Source: Pseudomonadota bacterium
Lineage (GTDB): Bacteria; Pseudomonadota; Gammaproteobacteria; Pseudomonadales; Moraxellaceae
Length of the DNA: 64,000 bases
Direction of reading: 5' to 3'
NCBI GenBank assembly: GCA_040385225.1
Contig: JAZKHU010000006.1
Location: forward strand, 60,554-124,553
Shown: positions 20,677 through 29,469 of the stretch, one piece after another
How the letters are laid out: each line of letters opens with the position of its first letter
Position numbering within the stretch: position 1 is the stretch's first letter
Program-made: the position numbers and the translations under genes
The notes under the pieces: model-generated
Database searches by the model: none
The model's input: the letters and a program-made list of their open reading frames with translations, nothing else
What the model was told of the DNA's origin: nothing

Positions 20677-20889
20677 ATGTCGCAACGTGAGCAAGGCACC
20701 GTGAAGTGGTTCAACGATGCCAAGGGTTTTGGTTTCATTCAGCGTCAAGCTGGTGAAGATGTTTTCGTCCACTTCCGCGCCATCCGTGGTGACGGCCACC
20801 GCTCCCTGCGGGACGGCCAGAAGGTCGAATTCAGCGTCGTCAAGGGTCAGAAGGGCTTCCAAGCCGAAGACGTTCTGCCGCTGGACTGA
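20677..20889 (+). CDS. cspA: Cold-shock protein, CspA family
   Basis: [22 protein letters not shown]...DVFVHF carries the RNP1/RNP2 motifs. GAGG lies upstream of ATG 20677, and about 150 nt of upstream non-coding sequence is consistent with a long csp 5' UTR. Confidence 0.9.
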   Translation: MSQREQGTVKWFNDAKGFGFIQRQAGEDVFVHFRAIRGDGHRSLRDGQKVEFSVVKGQKGFQAEDVLPLD

Positions 20890-20895
20890 TGCACC

Positions 20896-20927
20896 TTTTG
20901 TGGTGAGCCTTCGGGCTCACCACAAAA
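20896..20927 (+). other. Perfect 14-bp stem hairpin with a ttcg loop directly after cspA
   Basis: ttttgtggtgagcc / ttcg / ggctcaccacaaaa. There is no U-tract immediately after it. Confidence 0.6.
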
Positions 20928-20934
20928 CCCTGTC

Positions 20935-20958
20935 AGCGGGCTTTACCCGCTTTTTTTG
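20935..20958 (+). terminator. Rho-independent terminator of cspA
   Basis: gcggg-cttta-cccgc followed by ttttttt. Confidence 0.7.
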
Positions 20959-21065
20959 TTTCTGCTGCATCGGGAGCCGGGCTCAACCTGTCATTCTCGG
21001 CTATTGGTATTGGTAGCGTGTTGGCCCGATGCCCAACCGAGTTCAGTGTGTCGAGTCTTTATTTC

Positions 21066-21674
21066 ATGCGTAGCAAACAAGGTCTTGCGCTGCTTTTTTC
21101 CTTGATGGGTCTGGGCTATGCCCTTAACGGCCTGTTCATGTTGGTAGCTCCGAGCCTCTGGCTCAAATTCTTCCCTCTCGCTTTTACATTGCCTGTCGAC
21201 GCCAACAGTGAGTTTGCTGTACGTCTGATGGCGATTGCCGATATCAGTCTGGCTCCGTTGTTCTTCTGGTGTGCCCGGAATCTGAAGCGCTGCCGTACGG
21301 TCCGCCTCACGCTGACACTGCAGGCCACAGGCTTCGCTGCTGTCGTGCTGGCGTCGCTGGCGGCACAGGATGCCATTGCTGCACAGCTGCCATCGGTTGT
21401 GCTGGTCCTGCTTCCGGCTCTGGCATTGCTGGCGCTGAGCATTCCCAGCCGTACCATTCGTGTCAAAGGTCCGCGTGAGCAGGGCTCGGTGAAGTGGTTC
21501 AATGCCAACAAGGGCTTTGGCTTCATTACGCGTGACAATGGCGATGATGTCTTTGTGCATTATCGTGCCATTCGTGGCGAAGGCCATCGTACTCTGCGCG
21601 AGGGCGAGCGCGTCGAGTTCTTCCTGAAGCGTGGTGACAAGGGCCTGCAGGCCGACGACGTGCAGATGCTCTGA
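21066..21674 (+). CDS. Membrane-anchored cold-shock-domain protein (4 predicted TM helices plus C-terminal CSD)
   Basis: The N-terminal about 140 aa contain four hydrophobic helices. The C-terminus [48 protein letters not shown] is a complete CSD closely similar to the upstream cspA. ATG 21066 is preferred over GTG 21018. Confidence 0.7.
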   Translation: MRSKQGLALLFSLMGLGYALNGLFMLVAPSLWLKFFPLAFTLPVDANSEFAVRLMAIADISLAPLFFWCARNLKRCRTVRLTLTLQATGFAAVVLASLAAQDAIAAQLPSVVLVLLPALALLALSIPSRTIRVKGPREQGSVKWFNANKGFGFITRDNGDDVFVHYRAIRGEGHRTLREGERVEFFLKRGDKGLQADDVQML

Positions 21675-21675
21675 C

Positions 21676-23070
21676 ATGACAACCGGCGAAACAGAAGTTC
21701 TTCCAGAAGAAAACACGTTGCCAGTCGTGGAGCTTGATGCTGTTCAGGCCGAGCCTGAATCCGAGCTGGCGATTGCATCTGTAGTTGAGCAGGCTCCTCA
21801 GGTACGCTTCAACGACCTGCCGGTGCCTGACCCGATTCTGCGTGCGGTTGCCGACCTCGGCTTTGAGTATTGCACGCCTATCCAGGGTCGTGTCCTGCGC
21901 TTCACGCTCGCCGGTCACGATGCCATCGGCCGTGCACAAACCGGTACGGGAAAAACAGCGGCGTTCCTGATTACCGTGATCGCCGATCTGCTGAAGAATC
22001 CGCCATCCGATGAGCGTTGTCTGGGTGAGCCGCGCGCACTGGTGCTGGCGCCGACACGCGAGCTGGCCCTGCAAATCGCCAAGGATGCAGCCGACCTAGG
22101 CAAGTATTCCGGGCTTTCTGTGGTGACGTTGGTGGGCGGCATGGATTACGAAAAGCAGCGCAAGCAACTGGCTGCTGCTCCCGTGGATATCATCGTTGCC
22201 ACGCCGGGTCGTCTGATCGATTTTGCCAACAAGCAGGAAATCTATCTCGATCAGGTTGAGCTGCTGGTGATTGATGAAGCCGATCGCATGCTCGACATGG
22301 GCTTCATTCCCGATGTGAAGCGCATCGTTCGCCTGACGCCGCAAAAGACCCATCGCCAGACCTTGCTGTTTTCGGCGACGTTTACGCGCGACGTGCTGAG
22401 TCTGGCATCGCAGTGGACCTATCATCCGGTGACGGTCGAAATCGAGCAGGAGCATGCTACCAATGCCCTAGTCGAGCAGAAGGTCTATATCGTTACCACC
22501 GAGCAGAAGATTCCGCTGCTCTTCAATCTGATCACCCAGCAGAAGCTGGAGCGTGTGATGGTGTTTGCCAATCGTCGCGATCAGACGCGGCGACTGACGG
22601 ACGTCTTGAAGGCGCATAACTTGTCATGCGCGTTGCTGTCCGGTGATGTGCCTCAGGAAAAGCGCGTGAAAACGCTGGAGAGTTTCCGTGAAGGCAAAAT
22701 CAGTGTGCTGGTCGCGACGGATGTTGCCGGCCGTGGCATCCATGTTGATGGTGTCAGTCATGTGGTCAACTTCACGCTGCCTGAGCAGCCGGATGATTAT
22801 GTTCACCGCATCGGTCGTACTGGCCGTGCCGGTACACTGGGCACCAGCATCAGCTTTGCCTGCGAGGATGACGGTCATCTGATTCCCGAGCTGGAAAAGG
22901 CTATTGGTCGCAAGCTGGACTGTGTTCGTCCTCCTGAGGAGCTGCTCGCCGAGATCCCCGAGGTCAAGATCATTCATGGTGCCAGTGGTGCCGAGCCTGC
23001 CCCACGCAAACCACGGCCGGGCGGTGGTGGCGGTACGGGCGGCGCTCGTCGCCCGCCCGCGCGGCGCTAG
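21676..23070 (+). CDS. rhlB: DEAD-box ATP-dependent RNA helicase, RhlB-like, with Gly/Arg-rich tail
   Basis: Q-motif region FEYCTPIQ, then [15 protein letters not shown] (VIDEADRM), [13 protein letters not shown]. The tail is ...[24 protein letters not shown] 21676 lies 1 nt after the preceding stop. Confidence 0.85.
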   Translation: MTTGETEVLPEENTLPVVELDAVQAEPESELAIASVVEQAPQVRFNDLPVPDPILRAVADLGFEYCTPIQGRVLRFTLAGHDAIGRAQTGTGKTAAFLITVIADLLKNPPSDERCLGEPRALVLAPTRELALQIAKDAADLGKYSGLSVVTLVGGMDYEKQRKQLAAAPVDIIVATPGRLIDFANKQEIYLDQVELLVIDEADRMLDMGFIPDVKRIVRLTPQKTHRQTLLFSATFTRDVLSLASQWTYHPVTVEIEQEHATNALVEQKVYIVTTEQKIPLLFNLITQQKLERVMVFANRRDQTRRLTDVLKAHNLSCALLSGDVPQEKRVKTLESFREGKISVLVATDVAGRGIHVDGVSHVVNFTLPEQPDDYVHRIGRTGRAGTLGTSISFACEDDGHLIPELEKAIGRKLDCVRPPEELLAEIPEVKIIHGASGAEPAPRKPRPGGGGGTGGARRPPARR

Positions 23071-23087
23071 GAAATTAATCGTTGTGA

Positions 23088-23112
23088 CAGGCCACCTTCG
23101 GGTGGCTTTTTG
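23088..23112 (+). terminator. Rho-independent terminator after the helicase gene
   Basis: gccacc-ttcg-ggtggc followed by ttttt. Confidence 0.7.
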
Positions 23113-23261
23113 CATTTTGGCGGATGGGCATCTAATCCCAAAGTCGCGTAGCGCTCCTTGTGGTAAAGCATAGTCTTCCGTGTAGGGTCATGGCGGTCAT
23201 GTCATGGCCAGTCACAAGCGTCTCGCAGTAGAGCACTCGTAGAAAGTCAAAGGAGCACGAG

Positions 23262-23576
23262 ATGTCAAAAGCACATAACTGGGAGGCGATTGCCGCCAGC
23301 CCACAATTTCAGAAGCTGGTAGCCAGAAAGCGGCGTGTGCTTTCCGGCCTGATGCTGTTTTCCGTGGGGTACTACTTTTTGTTGCCACTGGGTGCTGCCT
23401 ATCACCAGGAGTTGTTCAAAGAGCAAGTCTGGGGGCCGGTGAATGTCGGACTGATTTTTGCGTTGTCCGAATTTCTGGTTGCCTGGGGTGTAGCCATTAT
23501 CTACTCACGAATTGCCAACAAGGAATTTGATGTCATGGCGGCGCAAATTGTTGCTGATGCGGAGGCTGTCCAATGA
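23262..23576 (+). CDS. DUF485 (YjcH-like) inner-membrane protein
   Basis: 104 aa with two TM helices. Located immediately upstream of actP with an ATGA overlap, as for E. coli yjcH-actP. AAGGAG RBS. Confidence 0.8.
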   Translation: MSKAHNWEAIAASPQFQKLVARKRRVLSGLMLFSVGYYFLLPLGAAYHQELFKEQVWGPVNVGLIFALSEFLVAWGVAIIYSRIANKEFDVMAAQIVADAEAVQ

Positions 23577-25477
23577 ATACCAAATTAATGCTGGGTGGGT
23601 TGCTGGGGCTTGGTATTCCTGCCATGGCGTGGGCAGCAGAGGGTGCGGTTGCACCGGAGTATCGCTTCATGACCTTCATGGTCTTTGGCGTCATCATCAT
23701 GCTGACGATGTTTGTGACGTACATGGCGTCGAAGCAAGTGCATTCGGCATCGGACTTCTATACGGCTGGCGGTGGGATCTCCGGCCTTCAGAATGGCTGG
23801 GCGATTGCCGGCGACTATCTCTCGGCAGCATCGTTTCTCGGCATTGCCGGTCTGATCTCGCTGTATGGCTACGATGGCTTCATGTATTCCGTGGGCTGGC
23901 TGGTGGCTTATATCACCGTGCTGCTGGTGATTGCCGAGCCCTGCCGGAACATCGGCAAGTACACACTGGCGGATATTTTGGCCTATCGCAACGATCCCAA
24001 AAAGACGCGTGTTGTCGGCGCGATCTCGGTGATTACAGTATCGACCTTCTACCTGACCGCGCAGATGGTCGGTGGCGGTGTACTGGTGAAAACTCTGATC
24101 GGCATCGATTACGAAGTCTCGGTGATGGCCGTGGGCGTGCTCATGCTCGCCTATGTGCTGTTTGGCGGCATGGTTGCCACGACCTATGTGCAGATCATCA
24201 AAGCGATTCTGCTGGTGATTGCCTCCATCATTCTGGTCATGCTGGTCTGGGCCCCGTACGGCTTCAGTCTGCCGGACTTCCTTACTGCCGTGGTTGGCGA
24301 TCCCAAGGTTCAGGGTCAGGTCGCCAAGCTTCTGGGCGACAGTGCCGACGGCATGTCTGCTGCCGAGCTGGGTCAGCGCTTCCTGGAGCCAGGCCTGTAC
24401 CTGAAGGATCCGCTCGATCAGATTTCGCTGGGCATGGCACTGGTCTTCGGTACAGCCGGTCTGCCACACATCCTCATGCGCTTCTTCACGGTGCCGAATG
24501 CCAAGGAAGCTCGCAAGTCGGTGATCTGGGCGATGGCCATCATTGGCGGCTTTTATGTGCTGACGCTGTTCCTCGGCATGGGCGCGGCCATTCATGTCGG
24601 TGCGGCAGATATTGCACTGATCGACAAGGGCGGCAACATGGCTGCACCGTTGCTGGCGCAGTTTCTGGGCGGTGGTGCCGATTCGGTGATGGGCAACTTC
24701 ATGCTGGCCTTCGTGGCAGCGGTCGCTTTTGCCACCATCGTGGCCGTGGTTGCCGGGCTGGTGCTGGCGGCAGCATCTGCGATGGCGCATGATATCTATG
24801 TCGGCGTGATTCGCGGTGAGCATGCAACATCAGCAGAGCAGGTAAAGGCTGCGCGTATCTCTACGGTCATCGTGGGGGCCATGGCGATTGCCATCGGCAT
24901 CGCGGCCAAGGGTCAGAATGTGGCTCATTTGGTGGCGCTGGCGTTTGCGGTGGCTGCTTCGGCAAACCTGCCTTGTGTGCTGCTGACGCTGTACTGGAAG
25001 CGTTGCAATACCGGCGGCATCATGGCCGGCATGATTGTCGGCACGGCGGCTGCTATCTCGCTGGTGATGGTGTCGCCGAACATGACCTATCCGCTCAAGG
25101 TCAAGGCAGATGCTGCCAAGCTGATTGCCGAGGCTCCCGAGAAGCGCGCCGGCCTTGAGGCGAAACTCGCCGATGCCGCGCTCGCCGACAAGCCGCGTGC
25201 GACAGCCACCAAGGCGCTGGCCAAGCTGGAGAAGGATCTGCTCAAGGCTGATGAAGATCTGGTCAAGTATGCGGACAAGACGACGTCGATGGTCGGTCTC
25301 GAAGAGCCGCTGATCAAGCTCAAGAACCCCGGCATCATTTCGATTCCGCTCGGCTTTCTGGCGGTGATCTTCGGTTCCTTGCTGTGGGGCCGTGACCGTC
25401 GCTCGGAAGAGAAGTGGACGGAGCTCTATGTGCGTCAGAACACCGGTCTGGGTGCATCAAAAGCACATGCTCATTAA
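23573..25477 (+). CDS. actP: Cation/acetate symporter ActP (SSS family) with an extra charged insertion near the C-terminus
   Basis: 634 aa. Carries a signal-like N-terminus and ...DFYTAGGGISGLQNGWAIAGDYLSAASFLG..., typical of ActP. Confidence 0.9.
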   Translation: MNTKLMLGGLLGLGIPAMAWAAEGAVAPEYRFMTFMVFGVIIMLTMFVTYMASKQVHSASDFYTAGGGISGLQNGWAIAGDYLSAASFLGIAGLISLYGYDGFMYSVGWLVAYITVLLVIAEPCRNIGKYTLADILAYRNDPKKTRVVGAISVITVSTFYLTAQMVGGGVLVKTLIGIDYEVSVMAVGVLMLAYVLFGGMVATTYVQIIKAILLVIASIILVMLVWAPYGFSLPDFLTAVVGDPKVQGQVAKLLGDSADGMSAAELGQRFLEPGLYLKDPLDQISLGMALVFGTAGLPHILMRFFTVPNAKEARKSVIWAMAIIGGFYVLTLFLGMGAAIHVGAADIALIDKGGNMAAPLLAQFLGGGADSVMGNFMLAFVAAVAFATIVAVVAGLVLAAASAMAHDIYVGVIRGEHATSAEQVKAARISTVIVGAMAIAIGIAAKGQNVAHLVALAFAVAASANLPCVLLTLYWKRCNTGGIMAGMIVGTAAAISLVMVSPNMTYPLKVKADAAKLIAEAPEKRAGLEAKLADAALADKPRATATKALAKLEKDLLKADEDLVKYADKTTSMVGLEEPLIKLKNPGIISIPLGFLAVIFGSLLWGRDRRSEEKWTELYVRQNTGLGASKAHAH

Positions 25478-25492
25478 ACGCATGCAGCGGTG

Positions 25493-25524
25493 AAAAAAAA
25501 CAGGCGGCCGAGGTCGCCTGTTTT
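25493..25524. terminator. Bidirectional-looking rho-independent terminator after actP
   Basis: aaaaaaaa-caggcg-gccgaggt-cgcctg-tttt. Confidence 0.7.
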
Positions 25525-25551
25525 CATTTCGGGCAGCGAAAGATGCGCAAT

Positions 25552-25587
25552 AAAAAAGCCGAATCACGGTTAGGTGATTCGGCTTTT
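25552..25587 (-). terminator. Rho-independent terminator downstream of tRNA-Pro
   Basis: A 10-bp stem gccgaatcac/gtgattcggc. On the minus strand it is followed by tttttt. Confidence 0.7.
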
Positions 25588-25594
25588 CGATATC

Positions 25595-25671
<77 letters not shown>

Positions 25672-25705
25672 ATGTCGCAAACAGCAGTGTGTTTGCGAGG
25701 CGCGC

Positions 25706-25733
25706 ATTCTAGCATGCGATTCTGCTTTGGGAA
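25706..25733 (-). promoter_or_regulatory. Candidate sigma70 promoter for tRNA-Pro
   Basis: Minus strand reads TTCCCA-N16-TAGAAT followed by the GC-rich discriminator gcgcgcc, about 35 nt upstream of the mature tRNA 5' end. Confidence 0.45.
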
Positions 25734-25743
25734 GAGGCGCTGT

Positions 25744-26706
25744 TCAGGAATTTCGTGCCACGGCGAGTCGTGCCAGGCCTTCCAGTGCAGCGCGGTGCAG
25801 CGTATCGGGCAACGTCGCCACGGCAGCGATGGCGGCATCAGCTTCGGCTTGGGCGCGATCGAGGCTGTAGTCCAGTGCGCCGCACTGTTGCACGAGGGCA
25901 ATGATGTCATCGAGGCGCTCGAGACCGCCGGTGCGGATGGCGTTGCGAACCATCTCGGCAGCTTCGGGCGGAGCAATTTCCATGGCACGAATTAGTGGCA
26001 GCGTCGGCTTACCTTCGGCCAGGTCATCACCGACGTTCTTGCCCATGACATCGGCCGAGCTGGTGTAGTCGAGCACGTCATCGATGATCTGGAAGGCGGC
26101 ACCGAGATGGCGGGCATAGGTCACTGACATGCTGCGCCACTGATCGCCGGTGAGCGAGGCCGAGCACTCGGCAGCGGCTTCGAACATCTTCGCGGTCTTG
26201 CCGTGGATGACTTCGAGGTAGCGCGCTTCGGTGGTGTCGGGATCGTGCTGATTGATCAGCTGCAGTACTTCGCCTTCGGCGATGACGCAGGTGCCGTCCG
26301 ACATGATGTCGAAGATGGCCTGGCGTTGCAGGCGCGCGATCATCTGGAACGCGCGTGAGACAAGGTAGTCGCCGACCAGCACGGCGGTGGCATTGCCCCA
26401 ATGGGCATTGACCGTGGGGCGGCCGCGACGCAGAGAGGACTCGTCCACGACATCGTCATGCAGCAGGGTGGCGGTGTGCAGCATTTCAATAATGGCGGCG
26501 ACATCGACATGGGCATCACCCTGATAGCCGCAGGCGCGAGCCATGAGCAGGCTGACCAGTGGCCGCAGGCGCTTGCCACCGCTTTGCACGATGTATTCGC
26601 CGACTTCGCTGACCAACGGCACGCGTGATTGCAGATTGGCCGTGATGCAGGCATCGACGGCGGCAAAATCGTCCTTGACCAGATGCAGGATGTCTTTGAA
26701 TTCCAT
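25744..26706 (-). CDS. ispB: Octaprenyl-diphosphate synthase
   Basis: MEFKDILHLVKDDFAAVD...GGKRLRPLV...LLHDDVVDES...FQIIDDVLDY carries both DDxxD motifs. Start trimmed to ATG 26706. Confidence 0.92.
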   Translation of the reverse strand: MEFKDILHLVKDDFAAVDACITANLQSRVPLVSEVGEYIVQSGGKRLRPLVSLLMARACGYQGDAHVDVAAIIEMLHTATLLHDDVVDESSLRRGRPTVNAHWGNATAVLVGDYLVSRAFQMIARLQRQAIFDIMSDGTCVIAEGEVLQLINQHDPDTTEARYLEVIHGKTAKMFEAAAECSASLTGDQWRSMSVTYARHLGAAFQIIDDVLDYTSSADVMGKNVGDDLAEGKPTLPLIRAMEIAPPEAAEMVRNAIRTGGLERLDDIIALVQQCGALDYSLDRAQAEADAAIAAVATLPDTLHRAALEGLARLAVARNS

Positions 26707-26782
26707 GAGGAGGGGAGCTGTTGTGCAAAAAGAATGCGCGAATGCTATCAGCCTGTGCCTCTCACGACTACCGTTCAAATGT

Positions 26783-27256
26783 TCAATAGGCAACAGTCAC
26801 GGTAATGGTATCGCTGTAGCTTCCTGACGGCACGCTGCTTTGGCCGGCCGTAATGCGTCCATAAATGGGGTAGGTATGGTCTACCCCGATACCGAGAATG
26901 CTGAGCAGATAGCTGTCGCTGACGGCGTTGGCTCCTGTGCCCCAGACGTTGCTGCGCAGGATGTCTTGAAACAGGTTGTAGTTGAGCGCATTGCTGCTTT
27001 GGCGCAATTGTCTGGCGGCGGTGTTGCCGCTGTTGCCCGCCGAGAGCGATACGGTATAGCTCACCAGAATGGAGATCAGCGAAGAGCAGGTCACGGTTAG
27101 CGTGTTCTGGCTGTCTGTGGGCAGGCCTGAGACGGCATTGTAATTGCCGAATGCTAACGTACCGACGTTGGCCGAGCAGGTCAGTGCCGGGCTGGCGCTG
27201 CTGGTGCCGAGTAGGATTACGGCCGCGATGAGGCGCTTCAGATTTGCAGTCGGCAT
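26783..27256 (-). CDS. Spore-coat-U (SCPU) domain pilin, distal gene of the chaperone-usher operon
   Basis: 157 aa. Signal peptide, Cys pair (LTCSANVGTLAFGNY ... TVTCSS) and C-terminal GSYSDTITVTVAY are typical of Csu-type/SCPU subunits. Confidence 0.8.
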   Translation of the reverse strand: MPTANLKRLIAAVILLGTSSASPALTCSANVGTLAFGNYNAVSGLPTDSQNTLTVTCSSLISILVSYTVSLSAGNSGNTAARQLRQSSNALNYNLFQDILRSNVWGTGANAVSDSYLLSILGIGVDHTYPIYGRITAGQSSVPSGSYSDTITVTVAY

Positions 27257-29469
27257 GTCAGCTCCGTATCGGCAGAGGTTGCGGGCAGTGCTGCGATCAG
27301 GCAGTGGCGCTGATCGGGCAGTACAGCTTCGAGACTGTCGCCGCGCCAGTGACTGGGAATATAGATAAGACCATCCAGCCCGCTGGGCAGTGCGGCGCTT
27401 TCACTTTGATGACGCAGGATGCTGCCGGCGGGAAGCCAGTCGCCGGTGTCGAGTCTGGCTTGCCAAGCCAGGTGGGCTGAAGTGTCGGCACTGGCGAGAC
27501 GGACGTGGCCGACGCCTCTGGGTGGGCGTAGCGTGACTTCAACGCTGCCGAGCTGTGCGTTCATTGGCAAGTCCTCCCAGCCCAGGCTGAACTCGGTGCC
27601 TTGATACGGCGAGGTATCACTGACCAGAAGCTGGCCTTGCTCATCGGTTCGGCCCACGCTCTGGTGATTGCGATACACGGTGATGTCGGGCGCTCCGGCA
27701 TCGACAACGACAAAGCCGTTTTGCAGGCGTTTGCTCCAGAACAGATTGTGCGGCACCCAGGCCAGCGAGGTCGCCACACTGCCTTGCACGCTGCTCAGGC
27801 CGTTACGCTCGCCGATGCCGATATTGGCCTGACCGCGCTCGCCGGCATAGAGCCAGTTGGCTTGTGTCAGCTGTTCATGAGTACGCACTTCGCCTGCGAA
27901 GCGGGCGCTCCAGACGCTCTGTGAGGGTTGCCAGCTCAGGCTGAGCTGAACACCGCAGCCCTCGCTTTCGCGATGGCTGATCTGGGCGGACAGCGACCAG
28001 TTCGAAATCAGTGCCTGAGTCAGGCCGATGCTGCTGTTGAGGCCGAGGCCGGGGCTCTGTATCAGGCTGACGTAAGTCTGCCGACTCTCGCTCAGCGTTT
28101 GCTGCCAGGAGGCCGTGGCGACGCTCAGATTGTCGCGGTCGCGGCGATGCTCATCGCTCCAGCCCAGCGTGAAGCTGCTCGTCGGGCCGACGCGCCAGCC
28201 GGTTTGCACGCGCAGGTTGCTGGCGATGGCTCCGGCCTCGCGACCTAGCTCGATGAATGCCGGGCTGGATGCACTGGCCTGCGCCTGCACACTGCCTTGC
28301 CGGGATAACCATTCGTAACCGGCACTGACGCGCTCGCCCCAGCCTTTGCTCCGACTGTGAGAGCCACCCAGACCAAGCTGCCAGAGACCCCAGTGCGGGT
28401 TGCTGTAAATCCACTCGCCCTGAGTGCTCTGGCTGTCGGCGAGGACATCGGCACGCACGCCGATGGTGCCCATTCTCTGCGTGCCCACGCGCCAGCGCCC
28501 GCTGGCAAAGCCCTGGCGATACTGGTCGTTGTCGGTGCCAAAGCCTTCGCGCAGACGGCCGATATCCAGGTGGTAATCGCTCAGGCCGGCGCGCAGCAAT
28601 TGCGGACTGGTGTAGAACGCCTGGCTGATGCGGGTTTCGCGGCCGAGGTTGTCGCGCAACACAACCTGCAGATCGCCAGCGCCGTTGATGCCGGATTGCG
28701 AGTCCAGAGCATAGGGGCCAGCTGTCAGACGATTGCTTTGCCGTAGCTGTCCGTCCACATAGAGCTCTGCGGTGGATGGTAGTGTGGCATCGCCCTGGAA
28801 GCTGGGCAGCGGATAGGTCGGCAGCTCCGGGCGCTGACTGAAGTCGGTGCCCCAGGACAAGCCGCCAAAGCGCACATTCGGGCTCATGCTCAAACCGGAA
28901 TTGAGAATGTCGCCGGCTTCCAGTGCCACCATCTGCTCCGGAAAGTCCCAGCGCACCTGGCTGTCGAGGCGGCGATAGCCTTCACGCAAGAAGACCTGCC
29001 GTGTGCGCCACAGTCCTCCGGCGGCACTCAGGCCCAGTTCCGCCTGGCCGGCGATGCTGGTGCCCATGTGCTCGCTGCTGAAGCCAAAGATGTCGATGTT
29101 CAGATAGCCGCCGAGCTCGGCCGGCATTTGTGTCGCATCCGGGCCACTGATGCCGAGATAATGTCGTCTTGGCAATTGCGCCGCCAACTGAAGGCGCATC
29201 GAACAGGCATCGAGTCGATACGGGATGGCAATGAGCGGATACCATGTTCCGTTTGGGGTGACTTCGCTTGCTGCGGGCAGTGTGCTCAGGCCTGTCCATG
29301 CTACATAGTCGGATGCGTTGAGCCAGACTTGGCCTGCGGCATCGACGTGGATGCGCCCGGTGATTTGCTCGCCGTCGGCCTCGCGCTCAATGGCCACCAG
29401 CTGTGTTCCGACAGGAAATACTGCTAGGCAGCTGCTGTCGAACCAAGTTGGCGATGCGCTGTCCATCAC
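27238..29469 (-). CDS. Fimbrial outer-membrane usher (Csu/sigma type), with no recognisable signal peptide
   Basis: 743 aa, beta-rich and Gly/Ser/Trp-rich with usher-like composition. Sits between a PapD-like chaperone and an SCPU pilin. GTGA overlap with the chaperone stop. Confidence 0.75.
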   Translation of the reverse strand: MMDSASPTWFDSSCLAVFPVGTQLVAIEREADGEQITGRIHVDAAGQVWLNASDYVAWTGLSTLPAASEVTPNGTWYPLIAIPYRLDACSMRLQLAAQLPRRHYLGISGPDATQMPAELGGYLNIDIFGFSSEHMGTSIAGQAELGLSAAGGLWRTRQVFLREGYRRLDSQVRWDFPEQMVALEAGDILNSGLSMSPNVRFGGLSWGTDFSQRPELPTYPLPSFQGDATLPSTAELYVDGQLRQSNRLTAGPYALDSQSGINGAGDLQVVLRDNLGRETRISQAFYTSPQLLRAGLSDYHLDIGRLREGFGTDNDQYRQGFASGRWRVGTQRMGTIGVRADVLADSQSTQGEWIYSNPHWGLWQLGLGGSHSRSKGWGERVSAGYEWLSRQGSVQAQASASSPAFIELGREAGAIASNLRVQTGWRVGPTSSFTLGWSDEHRRDRDNLSVATASWQQTLSESRQTYVSLIQSPGLGLNSSIGLTQALISNWSLSAQISHRESEGCGVQLSLSWQPSQSVWSARFAGEVRTHEQLTQANWLYAGERGQANIGIGERNGLSSVQGSVATSLAWVPHNLFWSKRLQNGFVVVDAGAPDITVYRNHQSVGRTDEQGQLLVSDTSPYQGTEFSLGWEDLPMNAQLGSVEVTLRPPRGVGHVRLASADTSAHLAWQARLDTGDWLPAGSILRHQSESAALPSGLDGLIYIPSHWRGDSLEAVLPDQRHCLIAALPATSADTELTCRLQI

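Noticed and set aside
23512-24823. 426-aa plus-strand alternative-frame ORF and 412-aa minus-strand ORF within actP
   Set aside because: Both translations are Arg/Gly/Cys/His-rich nonsense, whereas the actP frame gives a clean 14-TM SSS transporter.
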